DNA of 64,000 nucleotides from Diadema antillarum (GCF_040938485.1 NW_027270961.1:3782001-3846000); one strand, 5' to 3'; positions 37,062 to 50,797 are shown, counted from the first letter of the stretch. Program-made: numbers and translations. Notes: generated by a model from the sequence alone, not told the origin.

Positions 37062-37319
37062 ACTTCTTGAAAAGGCTGATAGCTCACAATCATACACACA
37101 CACACCCATTCACACACACACAAAAAAAAAAAATTGGACATGCATTGAATGTATGCCTGGGGACAGACTTCTTTTTTTTGTTTGTTTGTTTGTTTGTTTG
37201 TTTGTTTGTTTGTTTGTTTGTTTGTTGTTGTTGTTTTTTGGGTGGTGGCATTACATGGGTAAGGTTAAGAGCTAAGAAATTTTTGGTTGCATCAAATAAG
37301 TGTATTCATCTCACTGATT

Positions 37320-38006
37320 TGTGATCGTGCACCTCAAAACGAACATAAAGTCGCACACACTGATTTCGCGTGAGGACTGAAAATAAGTGAAATGGGTCAA
37401 CCTAGCCGAACTTGACTTTTTCATATTTTCTGAAAGAGCGGGTCTTTTACATTATGCTAAAATTTGGTATCATAAAACGGGCAGGAAAGTATGTCTTTTA
37501 GCAGTTTATCTCGAACATTTTTGGAAGAATAGTGTGATTAGGTGTGTCTTTAGAATCCCCTTTTCATTTCTGAAAAACCTTGTCCACACTCTTCACTTTC
37601 AACTCTAATAACTTTTGAAAAGATAGTGCTACTGCTTTGAAAGTTGGCATTAATTATGGACAGAATGTGTTAATGAGGCATTCCTAATTTCAGTTCAATC
37701 AGATAATCCCTTCATTGTTGTTACTCTGGTGGTTTACTTCCTGTTTTTTGTCCCATTCATCGCACAGCCAGCACGGTCTGGTAAAGATTAAGTGCTTGAA
37801 TAGACACTGTACTTCAGAGCCTCTTTTCTCAGATCACACTTTTCCTGAGTTTGTCCTTTCTTTCCAATATTTAGATAGGTTAGGAGAGTCCATTTGATTT
37901 GAGTTATACATAATCTTAAAGCTTAAAGTCTGCTCTTTCAGAATATGGTCTTAACTAAAAATTCATGTCTGGCGGCTTTTTGTTTGTTTTGAGGTGCAGG
38001 GTCACA
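37320..38006. mobile_element. ~690-bp TIR element
   Basis: tgtgatcgtgcacctcaaaacgaac ... gtttgttttgaggtgcagggtcaca inverted termini. Confidence 0.7.
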
Positions 38007-39232
38007 TATAGAAGTTTGGTCAACAATTACTGAGTTATATGGAACAACTTCTAAAACATGTACTTTCACCAAGCTGAACGACAGTGGTATAAACAAGAGT
38101 AGCATGTGACTAATCATTAAAAAGTACTCAGAGAGTAAGCACTTTACACTGATTTAAAGCAAGGACAGAGGAAGGTCTTCACATTAAACTTCATGCTGAG
38201 TTAGAACTGTCTCATTATTTGACAGTCTGAAGTCCTATAGGACTGTTCAAACATATCTCCCTCTTCCATCGTGCCAAATAGCACAGGCAAACTTGATTTT
38301 ATCAACCTCATGATCTCTCGGATCTCATCATAGAGCAAAATCAAGATCACGCTGTAGGTCGTTTGAATTTCCCCACGTCATAATATACCATATACTTTTT
38401 AAAAATCTCTATGTTGTCAGCTTCTGTTGACATTCATTATCTTCATGAGGTACGTCACTGCACTTCACTGTTGACAAAGCCATTTGTCACTCAAGGCGCA
38501 GACTCGTACTTGGTATCATTGTTCACGCACATACACAGAACAAAATTTGGCCAAAGCAATTATAAACACACATTTACCAGGCAAACCAAATTATGGGCTC
38601 ACAGATACAGTCCTCATAAGAGATGGATTTAGAATCGGAATATGTCAATCCCTCACTCTTTATATCCACACCCAATCACAATGTCAGATTGGATGCAGTA
38701 TCAAATGGTGATAACAATCAGTTTTAAAGGGAAAAGCATACAAGATAAGATCGCTATTTGTATCAGCTTTCATTATGAAATCTGCTCATATTAGGGCATT
38801 TGTGATGATGGATCGTAATATACTAGGGAATTTGCGATGATGGGTTGGAGTTAAGATTTCATTGTTTAGATAATCTGCACATATTAGGGCATTTGGGATG
38901 ATGGATTAGAGTTAAGATTTCATTATTTAGATAAATTAGTAGACTATGTTTGTGAAGAATTAGACATTTCTTGGTCATTCCCTTCCCATGCATTTTTTTT
39001 TTTTTTTTGGGGGGGGGGAGGGGAGGGTTAAAACAAATGAGAGATTTGATGCAGGCAGACTGACGGGTGTTCAAAACGAAATTCAGATGTTTCAGAAACT
39101 CTTTAAATGACATCTATTTGCCTTTCATGGTTATTCCTAAATAGATGTCAAATAAAGATAAATTGTGAATAGAAATGATAAAACCACGTCTGCCACTGTC
39201 ATTGTTTTTCTGCCTACTCTAGAAGAACTCAC

Positions 39233-39353
39233 CCTATCTGAAGCGTAGACGACATCAGCCAGCCCCAGGGTTGTCACTGAGATGCCCACAGCTGGTCCAT
39301 TGACTGCGATTATCAGAGGTTTGGGGAAGTCCACAAAGGCATTCACAAAGCCT
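39233..39353 (-). CDS. ECI2: ECI2 exon ([40 protein letters not shown])
   Basis: tattctttatccaacag|A acceptor, AGG|gtgagt donor; 121 nt, phase 2-0. Confidence 0.95.
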
Positions 39354-39743
39354 CTGTTGGATAAAGAATAAAAACTTGCTTAGTAAGACACTCCACTCCC
39401 ACATCCAACTTAACTTTAAAAAAGATTCAGTCAAATCAAGCCATCACTGTCATGGTTTCATTAGAACAGGCAAAGAAAGTGAAAATCTCGATTACACACA
39501 TTTTCGCAAACTAATGATACTGGTAGAAATCATGCATACTGTTGCATTGAATGGGTTGATGATCTCATCTTATACGTCTACCACTGGCTCACAAATAAAA
39601 TGAACAGTAAATGGTCCTTTTTATCTAATTAATTCAGAGATCCATATGTGACAGCTAACACATCCTTTCAAAAATATTTTTCAGAAATACTTTTACAAGT
39701 ATCTATTGTTACACCTCAATACAGCAGTTGTGTGGCAGTGTTC

Positions 39744-39886
39744 TGGGGGGCATTTCATGAAGCATTTTGTCCGACAAAGTTGTCGTACAAATTTGCTCTC
39801 AGCCAATCAGAAGCAAGGATTTCAGTAGCTTGTAACAGTTTGAAAGAAAAATATCCGACCAAAATGCTTCATGAAGTGCTCCCCTA
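39744..39886. mobile_element. ~140-bp palindromic MITE (GGG...CCC termini); second copy at 62515..62653
   Basis: gggggcatttcatgaagcattttgtccgac ... ccgaccaaaatgcttcatgaagtgctcccc with central agccaatcagaagcaaggatttcagtagct. Confidence 0.8.
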
Positions 39887-40666
39887 GATTTGTAGAAGGC
39901 AGTAACAAGGCTCACAAAGTTATGATTTTGCAGCCCAAGTGAGGTTTCTGTTACAGAGATTGACCTTTCACCCTTATGTCTGCAGCACAAAAGTTTTTAG
40001 AAGTAGTATGATTACCGGTACTCCCTTCTGATGAAATGGCTATCAATCAAATAATGTCTCCCATGAATCATGAGGGGGACCAGCAACCTTCAACCAGTTT
40101 GGTTGAATGGCAGTGTAGCTCATTTACAGCACACACTTACAACACTTATGAAACATAACCACAAGCGCAGAGATAAACTTAACCAGGTAATGGGCTTGGA
40201 GGAAAATGTTATGTGACACAGGCTGTATCAAATAAAATAACAAATAGAAAATAGATACAACAATTCACACTACACATATTGATTCAATAGGACAGCAATC
40301 TATTTTGAAGATTCAAAATAGGGCTGCACATTAACACATTTTTTTTACGGGTCCGACCTGTCCGTCGAACCAGCAGGTACCAAGTTTTTAATTTTTTTTT
40401 TAACTGCTCCTATTCCTGAAAACATTACTGGTCCGACAGTGATTTTCATTGGTCCTGGACCATCGGACCAGTGCCAGTGTGCAACGTTGTGTCTAAAGAA
40501 ATACACAATGATCTTTTCAAATATTCAAAGAACAATTTATCTTTACTAGATAGAACATAAAGGTAATATTATCTGAAGCTTCCCTCTTGTACTCTCTGCA
40601 ATCACACAAATCTATGAGTTTATGGAGTAAAGGCTGTTGAAATGTTAATGATACATTGATACTCAC

Positions 40667-40769
40667 TCTAACAGATGACTGCTCTTCTCAGATTCCTCAC
40701 GCATGTTGCTGGGATCAATGCCCATGAAATTGTTGAGGTCATTACCGCTGCAGTAATAATCACCGGCAC
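40667..40769 (-). CDS. ECI2: ECI2 exon (GAGDYYCSGNDLNNFMGIDPSNMREESEKSSHLL)
   Basis: aaacag|GT acceptor, TTAGA|gtgagt donor; 103 nt, phase 1-2. Confidence 0.92.
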
Positions 40770-41957
40770 CTGTTTGCCAGGGGACCAAATGTAATTTTGA
40801 TTTGATTTTGATTTGATTTGATTTGATTTATTTTCGCATTCAATCAAATATAAATTGAATACAAATTTCAGAAGCACAAAGACAAAGAATAGCAAGTGCA
40901 GTGAAATAAAATGATAACAGTACACAAATAGGTACACATGAGCAAATGCACTGAGCAGTATACATACACAGAAACATAATATAAAATATAAAGTATTTGT
41001 TTTCAGTAAATAACAGAGATAATTGAATGCAGATATAATTGCCTCAATTCTATTCATAAATCTACTATTTTCACTCGCGAGAAATGTCTGTGATAGTTTG
41101 TTGCTTTCCTTCATTTTTCCTCATTTTCAACTTCTGAAAACAATGCATTTTCACCTATAGTGAAGACAATGTTGATACAAACTTTGTTAACACAAAGAAT
41201 TTCATCAACAATGTGAGATGTGTTTCATAGATGGCCAATGCATTTATGAACACCACACAGAGCCTGGTATATTCATGCTACTGTCTTCGGATACAGATAC
41301 TAAACTGTCAAAGGGACAGATAGCATTGCCTTCTCCCTGGAATAAAAGGAAATAGTTTAATCCTCTTGGTATCTCAACATAACATGCATTTGGCTTCAGT
41401 AAACATCATATTACTTTGGTCCTCATGGGCCAAGTTCCTTATCTAATGTTATGTTCATCATAAATCATGTCTCTGATCCTGTTGTTTCTTGAAATAAAAA
41501 CTGACAAAGTCAAGTGGAATGGATATCAGGTAGTTTGCACCTTGTACCCTTATATGTGTTTACAGTAGAGAAGTACAGCTTGTAAATAATGACTATCATC
41601 TACTGCGTTTCTTCCTGTATTATGAGGCAAATTAAATATAGGAATACAGACCAATACGACACGTACGGCTATGAACGTAAATTTGGAGTTTTTATTCACA
41701 TTGACTAAGCCAGCCAAATATTCAATACATTCGTTGTTGATTTGACTTAAGCAAAGTTAGTTGACAATTTTCAGAATCACTGACTTGAATTTCCCAGTCT
41801 GGTACCCTGTGAGATATCAAGAAAACCTTTGCTCAGTACATACCAAAAACAAAAGATTTACATACAGATCCAGACCTACAGATGCACATATGTTTCACAC
41901 TCACTAATGATCTAAAAAGAAAAACCAAGACATACTGAAGACAGACAGACAACTTAC

Positions 41958-42030
41958 CGGTTATTACAGCGAGTACTACATTACTGTCTTCACCCGCTGC
42001 CTTCAAAGCATTAGCCCACTCTGTGTACAT
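41958..42030 (-). CDS. ECI2: ECI2 exon (MYTEWANALKAAGEDSNVVLAVIT)
   Basis: ccccaccag|ATG acceptor, ACCG|gtaagt donor; 73 nt, phase 0-1. Confidence 0.92.
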
Positions 42031-43564
42031 CTGGTGGGGGAAAAAAAATATAACATCACACATACATACATGCATGTCGTCGCTGGGGCGACAAGACCTC
42101 ATATCTACAAAATGTCAAATGTTCAGGAGAGCCAAAAAACATGGCGGCCAAAACACTGTGGCGAATGGGATAGCCTTTCCTTTGACATGCCGTGGTGGCT
42201 TCATTTTTGGAGAAAGACAGTTGGGATTTGGACAGGACATCACTTAACTCATTATTTGACCATTAATCAAAAAAAAAGTAATTTTCACCAAAATTGCAGA
42301 TACAAGGTCTTGTCACCCCAGCAACGATATATGTCTGTTGTCATGAACAAAGACAGGGCTTCATATTATTCATTATTACTGGCAGCTTAAAGGGAGACAT
42401 AAACATTTGTTTAAATTAGCTAAAGACAACACAAAGTTATGAAAATCATTTTGGATACATTAAAAGCTGTTATTTTTGCAGGTGTTTAATTTTCATGAAT
42501 TTCTGAAATCACTGTTTGGTTAATAAATTTACAACCCATAAAAATATCATCAGAGGACAGGCATTAGTGCACTCACGACAGCCTCGGTGTCAAATCGTGA
42601 AAGCGACATCTTGTGAAAATGTCCTTGACATCCTCTGTATGCGATAATAACAGCTTTTACAGTAGTACTTTTGAGGATTTGCAAGGTGCTCCAACAACAT
42701 GTTAATGCATGCAAAGACAACAGATGAGTCAGGATTATGCAATAAAATGAATTGACTGACTTAAGAGACACAACTTTATCTTTTCCATAATCGTTCAACT
42801 ACTAGTATTCAATACTTGGCTACAGGGAAGGATTTGAAAATGCAAAATGACTACACATGAATGTATAATTCAATAAGATGAATGGATGCTATCTGTTTTG
42901 AAAGATATCTATAAAATGTTTTAATCACAGACCTCCCAAAAAGAGAGTATTCGGCATCCTAAAAATGTCTCCCTTGTAATTTCACACCCCTATTTTAAAG
43001 AGTATCATATCTATGTGGAACTAGGTCTGTAATGGAGACTGTGATGACAGTTTTGCATGACCCAGGGCTGAAAACATTCATGAACCAGAGTCAGGGAGAT
43101 TCCACAGAGGAATCGTGGAGATGCTTTTGTGTGACATGAATCTTGTTTGGCACAAACAATTCCAGAACCACAGAGATTTGAATGTTCTCTTATCTAGACA
43201 TGAGGAGATAGTAGGGAGCTTTAGATTTGTGATGCAGACATTTGAGACAATTGCATTGATGTTCTCCTCTCTTCCTCTATTGTGCTGAAAAGTAGCTTTA
43301 GATTACGCGAGGATGCAACCTATAAGAAATAAAATAGTGCCCCCATATAATCGGTGATTCAAGTAGCTCTGCATTGTGAATTGAGCAGACATAAAAATAG
43401 CCAAGAACACGTGGTGAAAACTCAGATGACGCGAGCTATGAATAGATTGATTTTGATAAACAATCCTGCGCATGTTCAGAACAGGTTTTTTTCCTCGGAA
43501 CATACGCTTTGCGAAAATCTAAAGCTCCCTAGTGACATTTTCAGGATGTCTCCTGCAGGGTTCT

Positions 43565-43721
43565 AGGGCAATTACCCCCTGGACAATTACCCTGGACCCT
43601 TCCCCCTGACCCTGACCCTAACCCAAACTCTAACTCTAAACCTAAACCTAAACCTAACCCTAGTCTTCACTCTAACCAGTATTTAGCCGGGAGGTAATTG
43701 TCCTGGTGGAGTAATTGCCCT
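43565..43721. mobile_element. Small inverted-repeat element with a telomere-like (CCCTAA/CCTAAA) core
   Basis: TIR agggcaattac / gtaattgccct, doubled internally (ggacaattacc / ggtaattgtcc), around ccctgaccctaacccaaactctaactctaaacctaaacctaaacctaaccctag. Confidence 0.7.
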
Positions 43722-43742
43722 GAGTTGCTCTTCAAGACTTAC

Positions 43743-43937
43743 TGCAACTGTGATGGCATTCTTCTTCTTGGGTCTGTTGAGGGTGATGGTTGCCACCCCA
43801 TCCACCACGGTGTAGAGCAGACCAGTGTAGGCCTGCGTTCCCGAATCTGTCGACGCAGTCATTCCTCCAGTGTCCGTTCCTCCCTCTGCAGCCACTAAGT
43901 TGTTCACAAGGTCAACGTACTTATCTTTGGCTTGCTC
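43743..43937 (-). CDS. ECI2: ECI2 exon (EQAKDKYVDLVNNL...VATITLNRPKKKNAITVA)
   Basis: aaacag|GAG acceptor, GCA|gtaagt donor; 195 nt. Confidence 0.93.
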
Positions 43938-44609
43938 CTGTTTCAAGTAAATGGTAACATATGATGCAACAGAATGCAAATGGATATTAGAGAGAAAGCT
44001 ATGCAACTGTCCATTTCACATGTAACCACTATTGAGAGACAAAAACTAAATAATTTGAACAGTTTTCAAACAGTTGAAAAGTTTGCAGTAATTGTCACAT
44101 ATTGAGGATTTCTTTTTTTTTCCCCTTCGCGTATACATATAATCTTGTTTTCATTTCCGTATACATCGGAGCTGCACCAAGAATTTACCTGAGGATCTCC
44201 ATGCTACTCCTCAAAAAAATGCCAAAAGCTAACTGTAATTAACATATCATGAGGTTTCAGAATAACACACTGTATTCATCACCCTGCTATCTATGTCACG
44301 GTGAAAATCATACGAGACAACAATTTTTCTTGTCATGATCACAATGCACCGGTATGAGTTAAAATCTTTGTTATACATATATTCAGTCAGTGCAACAGAA
44401 CAGGAACTTCATTTTTGTCTGCATTCACTGTAAATATTTTGACTGGTTTATTCTTTCCTCCTTGATGAGCAACCTTTACTGCATCGCTTGATACATTTTC
44501 ACAAGATGAGTGAGGAATGGTAAAACTGTAAGTCAGTAATTGCGTCACTTTCATTTTGATATAAGAATCTGTTTTGCTTTGTCAATTGCTGACAGGAAAG
44601 CTGACAGAC

Positions 44610-45378
44610 TTAAAGGGAACCCAAACCCAAAGAGCAATGTGGATTGAGTGAAAGCAGCAACATTAGTAGAACACATCAGTGAAAGTTTGAGGAAAATCGG
44701 ACTATCGATGCAAAAGTTATGAATTTTTAAAATTTTGGTGTTGGAACCGCTGGATGAGGAGACTGCTTGAGATTATGACATATGTGTGGACAACAATATA
44801 AAGAAAATATGAAGAAAATTTCAAAAAAAGTTTGTTTTTCTAGCATAATGAAAAAGCACTTGACTAACCGCTTCCAGAAAGCAGGGGGGAATATCTGCTA
44901 CCTTTAACATATGTCAGTATCAAGTTGATGGAATGTGTAATTTTCATGAAAAATGAACTTTTGTGGAATTCCCTTTATATTTTCTTTATATTATTGTCCA
45001 CACGTACTGTTGTTGTAGTTGTTGTTCTGTATTTAGTGGCGTTTTCCATTCTCTTTAGAATATTTACACCAAACACAGCTCTATAAGTTTCCTTTCCTTT
45101 TCTTATTTTTTTTTTTATTCCACACAAGAAGGTAAATTGTAATGGAGGTCCTTGGTCAGCTGTCGGTACGTCAACTCGCCTGCTTAAAATTTGCCTGCTT
45201 AAAATACGTCATAACCTCTAGTAGTCTCCTCATCCCGCCGTTCTAACACCAAAACTTTAAAAATTCATAACTTTTGCATCAATAGTCCGATTTTCCTCAA
45301 ACTTTCACTGATATTGTTCTACTACTGTTGCTGCTTCCACTCAATCCACATTTCTCTTTGGGTTTTGGTTGCTTTTAA
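44610..45378 (+). mobile_element. TTAA-flanked MITE with an internal interruption (~45000-45225)
   Basis: ttaaagggaacccaaacccaaagag ... ctctttgggttttggttgcttttaa. Confidence 0.7.
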
Positions 45379-45391
45379 ATTCAGCACAAAC

Positions 45392-45490
45392 CTGGGTCAT
45401 ATCACCAAGACCAGTCCAAGCAGTCCACTTAGCTTTGCCGACAAAGTCAAATGCACCTGGTTTGGGGGTATTGCACTTGCCTACGGTTGC
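45392..45490 (-). CDS. ECI2: ECI2 exon, ACBP ([33 protein letters not shown])
   Basis: ttattcacag|GCA acceptor, CAG|gtttgt donor; 99 nt; absent from the ORF track. Confidence 0.93.
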
Positions 45491-45759
45491 CTGTGAATAA
45501 AAAGGTTAAACAAACACTAACATTGGTGTAACTGATACATAAAAGAAGATCATTGTATGTATGCTAATTTTCAGACTCTACATGAGTCAAAGCCTAACTC
45601 TTGCTAAAGCAGTAATGAGATAGAGCAGTTTATCTGCAATGTGAAAACAGTTCTACATGTATAGGCCTAAACTCGAAATTAAAGTAACCAATCTACTTAC
45701 ACATAGCCCGAACTTAACTTACACTACTGGTTCCAGAGAAGGATATTTGTAAAGATTCA

Positions 45760-45995
45760 TGCCCCCCCTTCCCCCCCCCCTCCCCCCGGGGGGCATGGTG
45801 CCCTTTTGATTGAGACCTTATCACCCAAGGGATGCTACCTGCCAAGTTTGGTGGAAATCCATCATTGGGTTTTCACCAAAAAAAGCTGAAAATGTAAAAA
45901 GTTTACGCACGAAGGATGACAGACAACACATAATGGACACCAGACAAGGATTCATCGCAGTAACTCACTTCAGCCTTTGGCTCAGTTGAGCTTAA
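45760..45995 (+). mobile_element. 3' fragment of a HINE/Helentron-like repeat
   Basis: gccaagtttggtggaaatcc ... gacagac ... terminal hairpin aactcacttcagcctttggctcagttgagcttaaaa. Confidence 0.5.
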
Positions 45996-46290
45996 AATCT
46001 CGAATGATATGGTATTGCAACAGAAAGATAGCCCTTTTCTTTTTCTTTTTGAATGCATTAGAAGAATGAAGTACTATTTTGGAAAGAAATAAACCTATTA
46101 CAGCTTTCCTAAAAGATTTTATACCTCAGAAGAGTTAACATCTATTTCAAGCAGAAAGAAATAAACCTAAAGTAGACACACAGTATCATATATAACACAG
46201 GGAACTGTCAAGAGATAACCCTAACCTAACAACTTCAGCTATTGATCACAATATGTCTTGCATTCATCCTACTCAAAGAAAACTGCTTAC

Positions 46291-46447
46291 CTGCTTAAAA
46301 AGAGCATAAATCTGAAGTTTGACGTCGTTGCCAGGATCCTCTTTCAGTGTGCCAAGTCTGTCTTTGGCCGCACTGAATTCTGAGTCTGTTGCAGCAAAGA
46401 GGGCGGTTGGACGGTGGATAAGTCGTCGTGACACAAGGGTCTGGCTT
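46291..46447 (-). CDS. ECI2: ECI2 exon: end of presequence + start of ACBP (SQTLVSRRLIHRPTALFAATDSEFSAAKDRLGTLKEDPGNDVKLQIYALFKQ)
   Basis: ttctttactgacag|A acceptor (phase 2), CAG|gtaagc donor; 157 nt. Confidence 0.9.
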
Positions 46448-47825
46448 CTGTCAGTAAAGAATAAAAACAAAGGAAAATTGGGTAATGAATGTAATGACCT
46501 TTTTCAGGTTGTATGTCAAAGCATGAATCCCAGTGCTACATGGAATGATAAAATGGTCACTACATGTTTGCAAGTTGGTGCTAGGATACTTAGTATCTAC
46601 TCCTCCAGTTAGACATCTTCTTTCAATACTGTAAAACATAATATAATTGCGGCATGAAATTTTCACAAATTGCTGCTAGTATTCATTGCATATATTGCAG
46701 ACAAAAACTTTCAGGTGTATTTCAATTTCGCGAATCTTGGCTCTCACGAAATTAAAATGCACGTGAACATTCCTCGTTTTACAGCATTCAATTTTTTTAA
46801 AGAACTAGAAAAGCAATTAGAGAACACAAACCTCCACCAAGCAACTAATTTCCACCTATATATACACATATTCTGAAAATGGCTCTATTTTGCAATGATA
46901 AAGGATCCTTTCTAGTTGCTTTACCTCACCTTCTGCTGTGCCTCATGCATGCACTCAAAATATGTGCAGCTTGAATTCCTGTTCACCAGCCCTTTTTCCC
47001 CAAAAGGAATCTGTCCTTCAAAAATATTTTAGCATCCACATGATGATGCAGATCACTATGGCCTAGTAACATTTTATCATCTTTTCCTCTTGTCATTATC
47101 AACTTTTCCTGTAAATTTCATCAAAAAACATTCACAACCTTTTGAGTTATTTTGCAAACAGACAGATAAACAAACCAATGCCAGCAAAAACACAACCTTC
47201 TTGGCAGAGGTAATTACCGGGTGAAGGAGGGTGGGGAGGGGGAGAATATAACAGAATGCTCACACTGGTAGGTGGGAGATGCTACACTGAAAATGTTTTC
47301 AGTCCCAGGACATTATAAAAGAGATCTGCTAGTATTTCAAAATCTGAGATTACTGCCTAACAACAAGGTAATTATCCTAAAAAGGCAAAAATCATACTGC
47401 ATTAATGAAAAACAAAAAATTATATTGGGTAAAATACACAAGTTTTCATAGTCCAAAGCTAGAGCTGAAGCGCTGTACAGAATAATTGTCATTGAAAGTA
47501 CAGTTGAAATGAAACACAATATTTTGGAACAATGGATCTGAGATTACCTTTCACCCATATCAGAAGACAGTACACTTCCACTGATTCAAATCCCATTCTT
47601 AAAGGAAACTTGACTGATCTGCACCCCATGTTAGATTGAATTCACAGGTCAGGCAAGATTTTTACCATCAACAGTGTATCTAATCAGTATGCATTTGGAC
47701 ATGAAATCTATACAATTAATGGATACGAATAAATCTGAAGAATAAGAACAAGTTGCAGCACAACTCTTCTCTCTCTCTCTCCTCCGTCACACACACATAA
47801 AAAGAATAGGAAATACAGCATACTC

Positions 47826-47862
<37 letters not shown>

Positions 47863-50797
47863 AGCACACAATTAGTATTCCCAGACTGTGTATTGTAACC
47901 ATTACCTGCACGATAAATGTATCACATGCTACCCATTTATCTACCTGTAATCAGATGCCATTTGGCATAAAACGTCATAAAATATTGCACGACTGGGCAA
48001 GTCAAATGCTTCACACAAACCTCCCCCTGGTCCAAAGATCATGTCGGGTATTCCATTAAAACTGCGACGGCTCAGCAAGTAATTTAGCCGCCATTTTTAT
48101 TACCTACCAAATTGATCAAATACTCTATCCCAAGAAGCTTCAAAAGGTTTGTGACAGAGCACACAAGAAAGGCCTTACCTCAATCTTGTTTATGGCTGTA
48201 CAAAATCTAGCAGCACATAGGACGTGCTTATGATCTGGACAAAGCTCTGCTGAGTATGAGTATACAGAAAAGCGTTCAGCATTTTGAACCTATAGTTTAT
48301 GGTGTAAATGAACTTTGATGGGTGCCAGAGTTAAAATGAAGGCCCCCCCCCCCCCCCTTATCTCTTCTGGATATCTTATAGATAGACCATACACTGAAAG
48401 CATTAGTTCACAGAAGGCTTGTTTCTTTCCGTACACACAATTGAAGCACCCACCCTTGTAACATGTACTTCAAAATATTTCAATACACATATATCATACA
48501 TACACACAAAAACATACACACACACAAACACAATTCATTTAACCTCAGCATCCAGCCAAACACACATATTGATACAAAACCCAGCTACATCGCCTTTACT
48601 CAGACACACCACTTGTACTAAAAAGAAATAATATCCAGTAATGTACAAACAATTATTGAAAAAGGACACACTAGGCATAAACGTTTAAGTCACTACAATA
48701 ACAAATGTTATGTACCAAAAACTGTTGTAAAGAGATAAAACTTTTTATACTCCTCAGTGTCAGTTTCCTAAATTCCTCCTAGCCTTATCTGAACATTTAT
48801 CTTTATTTTTCACATTCATCTTCTTCTTCCCTCATCCCCTTCCTTCCTCTGTATCTCTCTTCCCTCCTTCTCTTCCTCCTCTTTCCCTTGTCTCTCTCCT
48901 TCCTAATCAGTGTTCTCTTTCCTCTTTCTTGTCTCTCTCTTCTTGCTATCCACCTTTCTGTTTGTATAATCACACCAACAGGCAACTGTGACAATGTATT
49001 ATACACCCCAAAATATGAATCTTTCCTTCTTCTGTGCTCTTATAAATATCTCTTACCTTTGCCCTCCATTTTGGAGCTGACGCCTTCCGGCATACAATCA
49101 TTAGCTATTTGACGTAAGTGGATCATTAGAGATATGTTTGTGCTCTGTGTGCATGGATAACATTGTCAACACACACATGCTAATCACAGTTCATCTGAGT
49201 TTCTTAGATCACCTGATACCACTTGGTGTTTCTATGTCTTATCAAGCTCTAGAATTCTATTTCTAAAGTTTATGTCACTTCTTATCACTTTGTTATCAGT
49301 TCATGCAAATATGCACTGCAGTGAACTTGCAAAGGTCTTTTATGAGGTGAAGTAACACAGGACTTGAGAGTGGAAATTTCCTTCCAGTGCCACATGTCTT
49401 TACTGTTTATTTCAGCTGCTACAAAACCTGCATGCTACAACATTCACAATGAATTCTTCTTCTTCTTTGCTTCTCAGATGGAAGTTGGTTATGGCTTTGC
49501 TTCATTCAGCAAAGTCATAATCTAGCTCAGCTTTTACCCGATGACTCTGTGCTGTGTAGAATTGGTGATGGTCATGATGTTTGTAGATTGTTTGAATTCT
49601 TATCTTTCATACAACCTTGTACGCAAACACATAAAATTGTTACATTTCGTCAGCAAGCTTAAATCATAAACATGGCACACTTTTTATTTGAAGCCAATAA
49701 AACAACACAATAACAAAAAATACTTTAACGACATGCTCTTCTATAGCATCAAACCTACATATGTACATATTTGATGATAAATAAAACACAAGGACAAAGT
49801 GCACAGATGAACACCTGAAAGAATACACACTACAGAGCTCTTTTCAATATATTCTAACCAGCTTCATAAATGAAACATTTAATTTTGTAAAATGACAAAC
49901 ACTTATCAATAAGAAACAAGATCCCTGTCACAATCCTACAAATTACTGGAATCTGCCAAGACAATTATCTCTCAAAAGGTATATCACTTTGATAATGTGG
50001 ACATATTCTGAGCTTGACAAAACAATCTTACATTCTAAACTTTATAATGATAAGTGTTCATCAGCAAAATAAACAAGCATAATTACACTCCTTCCTAGCA
50101 CTATACGTGTACTCATAATAACTTTGCCTGGTTTAAGTTGATCATATCTCAAATCAAACAAATCACATGTTCCTCCAGATAATACTCAGAATAGTATAAG
50201 CATGCTACCTATGAGACATTTCAATAAACCCCTAACAAATCAACATTCACAGGCAAAATATCAAAGATTTTCATTTGAAAAATAAGCCTGAAAAGTGTTT
50301 TACATGTATTTAGATGTTGTATTTGTCTCCTTCTTTTCAATGAAAATCATTGGCTATCCAAAAAGAACGACTGATGTCTTCAAAATCAGCATTAGAATGT
50401 CAGACTACAATCCATTTTTTCATGACTAAGTTACATCAATTTTTACTGTAGGTGACATCTTTTCTTTTTTCAATGAAAATACACAATCATATATTGGTCA
50501 CTGTTTTACTCCTGATAATAACCAGCATCAAGCATGCTGAAAGATGGGGAAAGGTTTGGGAGAGAAAGGAAAGAAGGAAAGGAAGAGATAGTCAGCTGCA
50601 GTTCATTGAGGTATACATTTCTGATCATCCCCCATTTTTTTTTTTTCTGTTGATCATTTTTCTCATGGTTTAAGAGTATCAGTCTGTTTCATATATGTCA
50701 TCAATAATGGGGATATTTGCAAGATCAGCAGAGAATTGAATAATCATGTTAATCATGATATATTATCAGAGAATGAGGGGTAGAAGTGCCAGTTCCC

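Larger units (their letters stand above)
31538..46447 (-). other. ECI2: Gene model span: enoyl-CoA delta isomerase 2 (ACBP + crotonase domain), first coding exon not located
   Basis: Nine exons join in frame (1135 nt). Motifs: [34 protein letters not shown] (ACBP), [59 protein letters not shown]; C-terminal AKL*. Confidence 0.95.

Noticed and set aside
46925-46952. Candidate ECI2 first exon MHEAQQKVR (phase-2 donor gtaaag)
   Set aside because: Acidic/polar rather than presequence-like, with no promoter context; weaker than the candidates listed in findings.
48086-48096. YY1-like AAAATGGCGGC on the minus strand as a possible ECI2 start
   Set aside because: Its frame (MAAKLLAEPSQF*) stops before any donor; may be regulatory or repeat-derived, so not listed as a feature.
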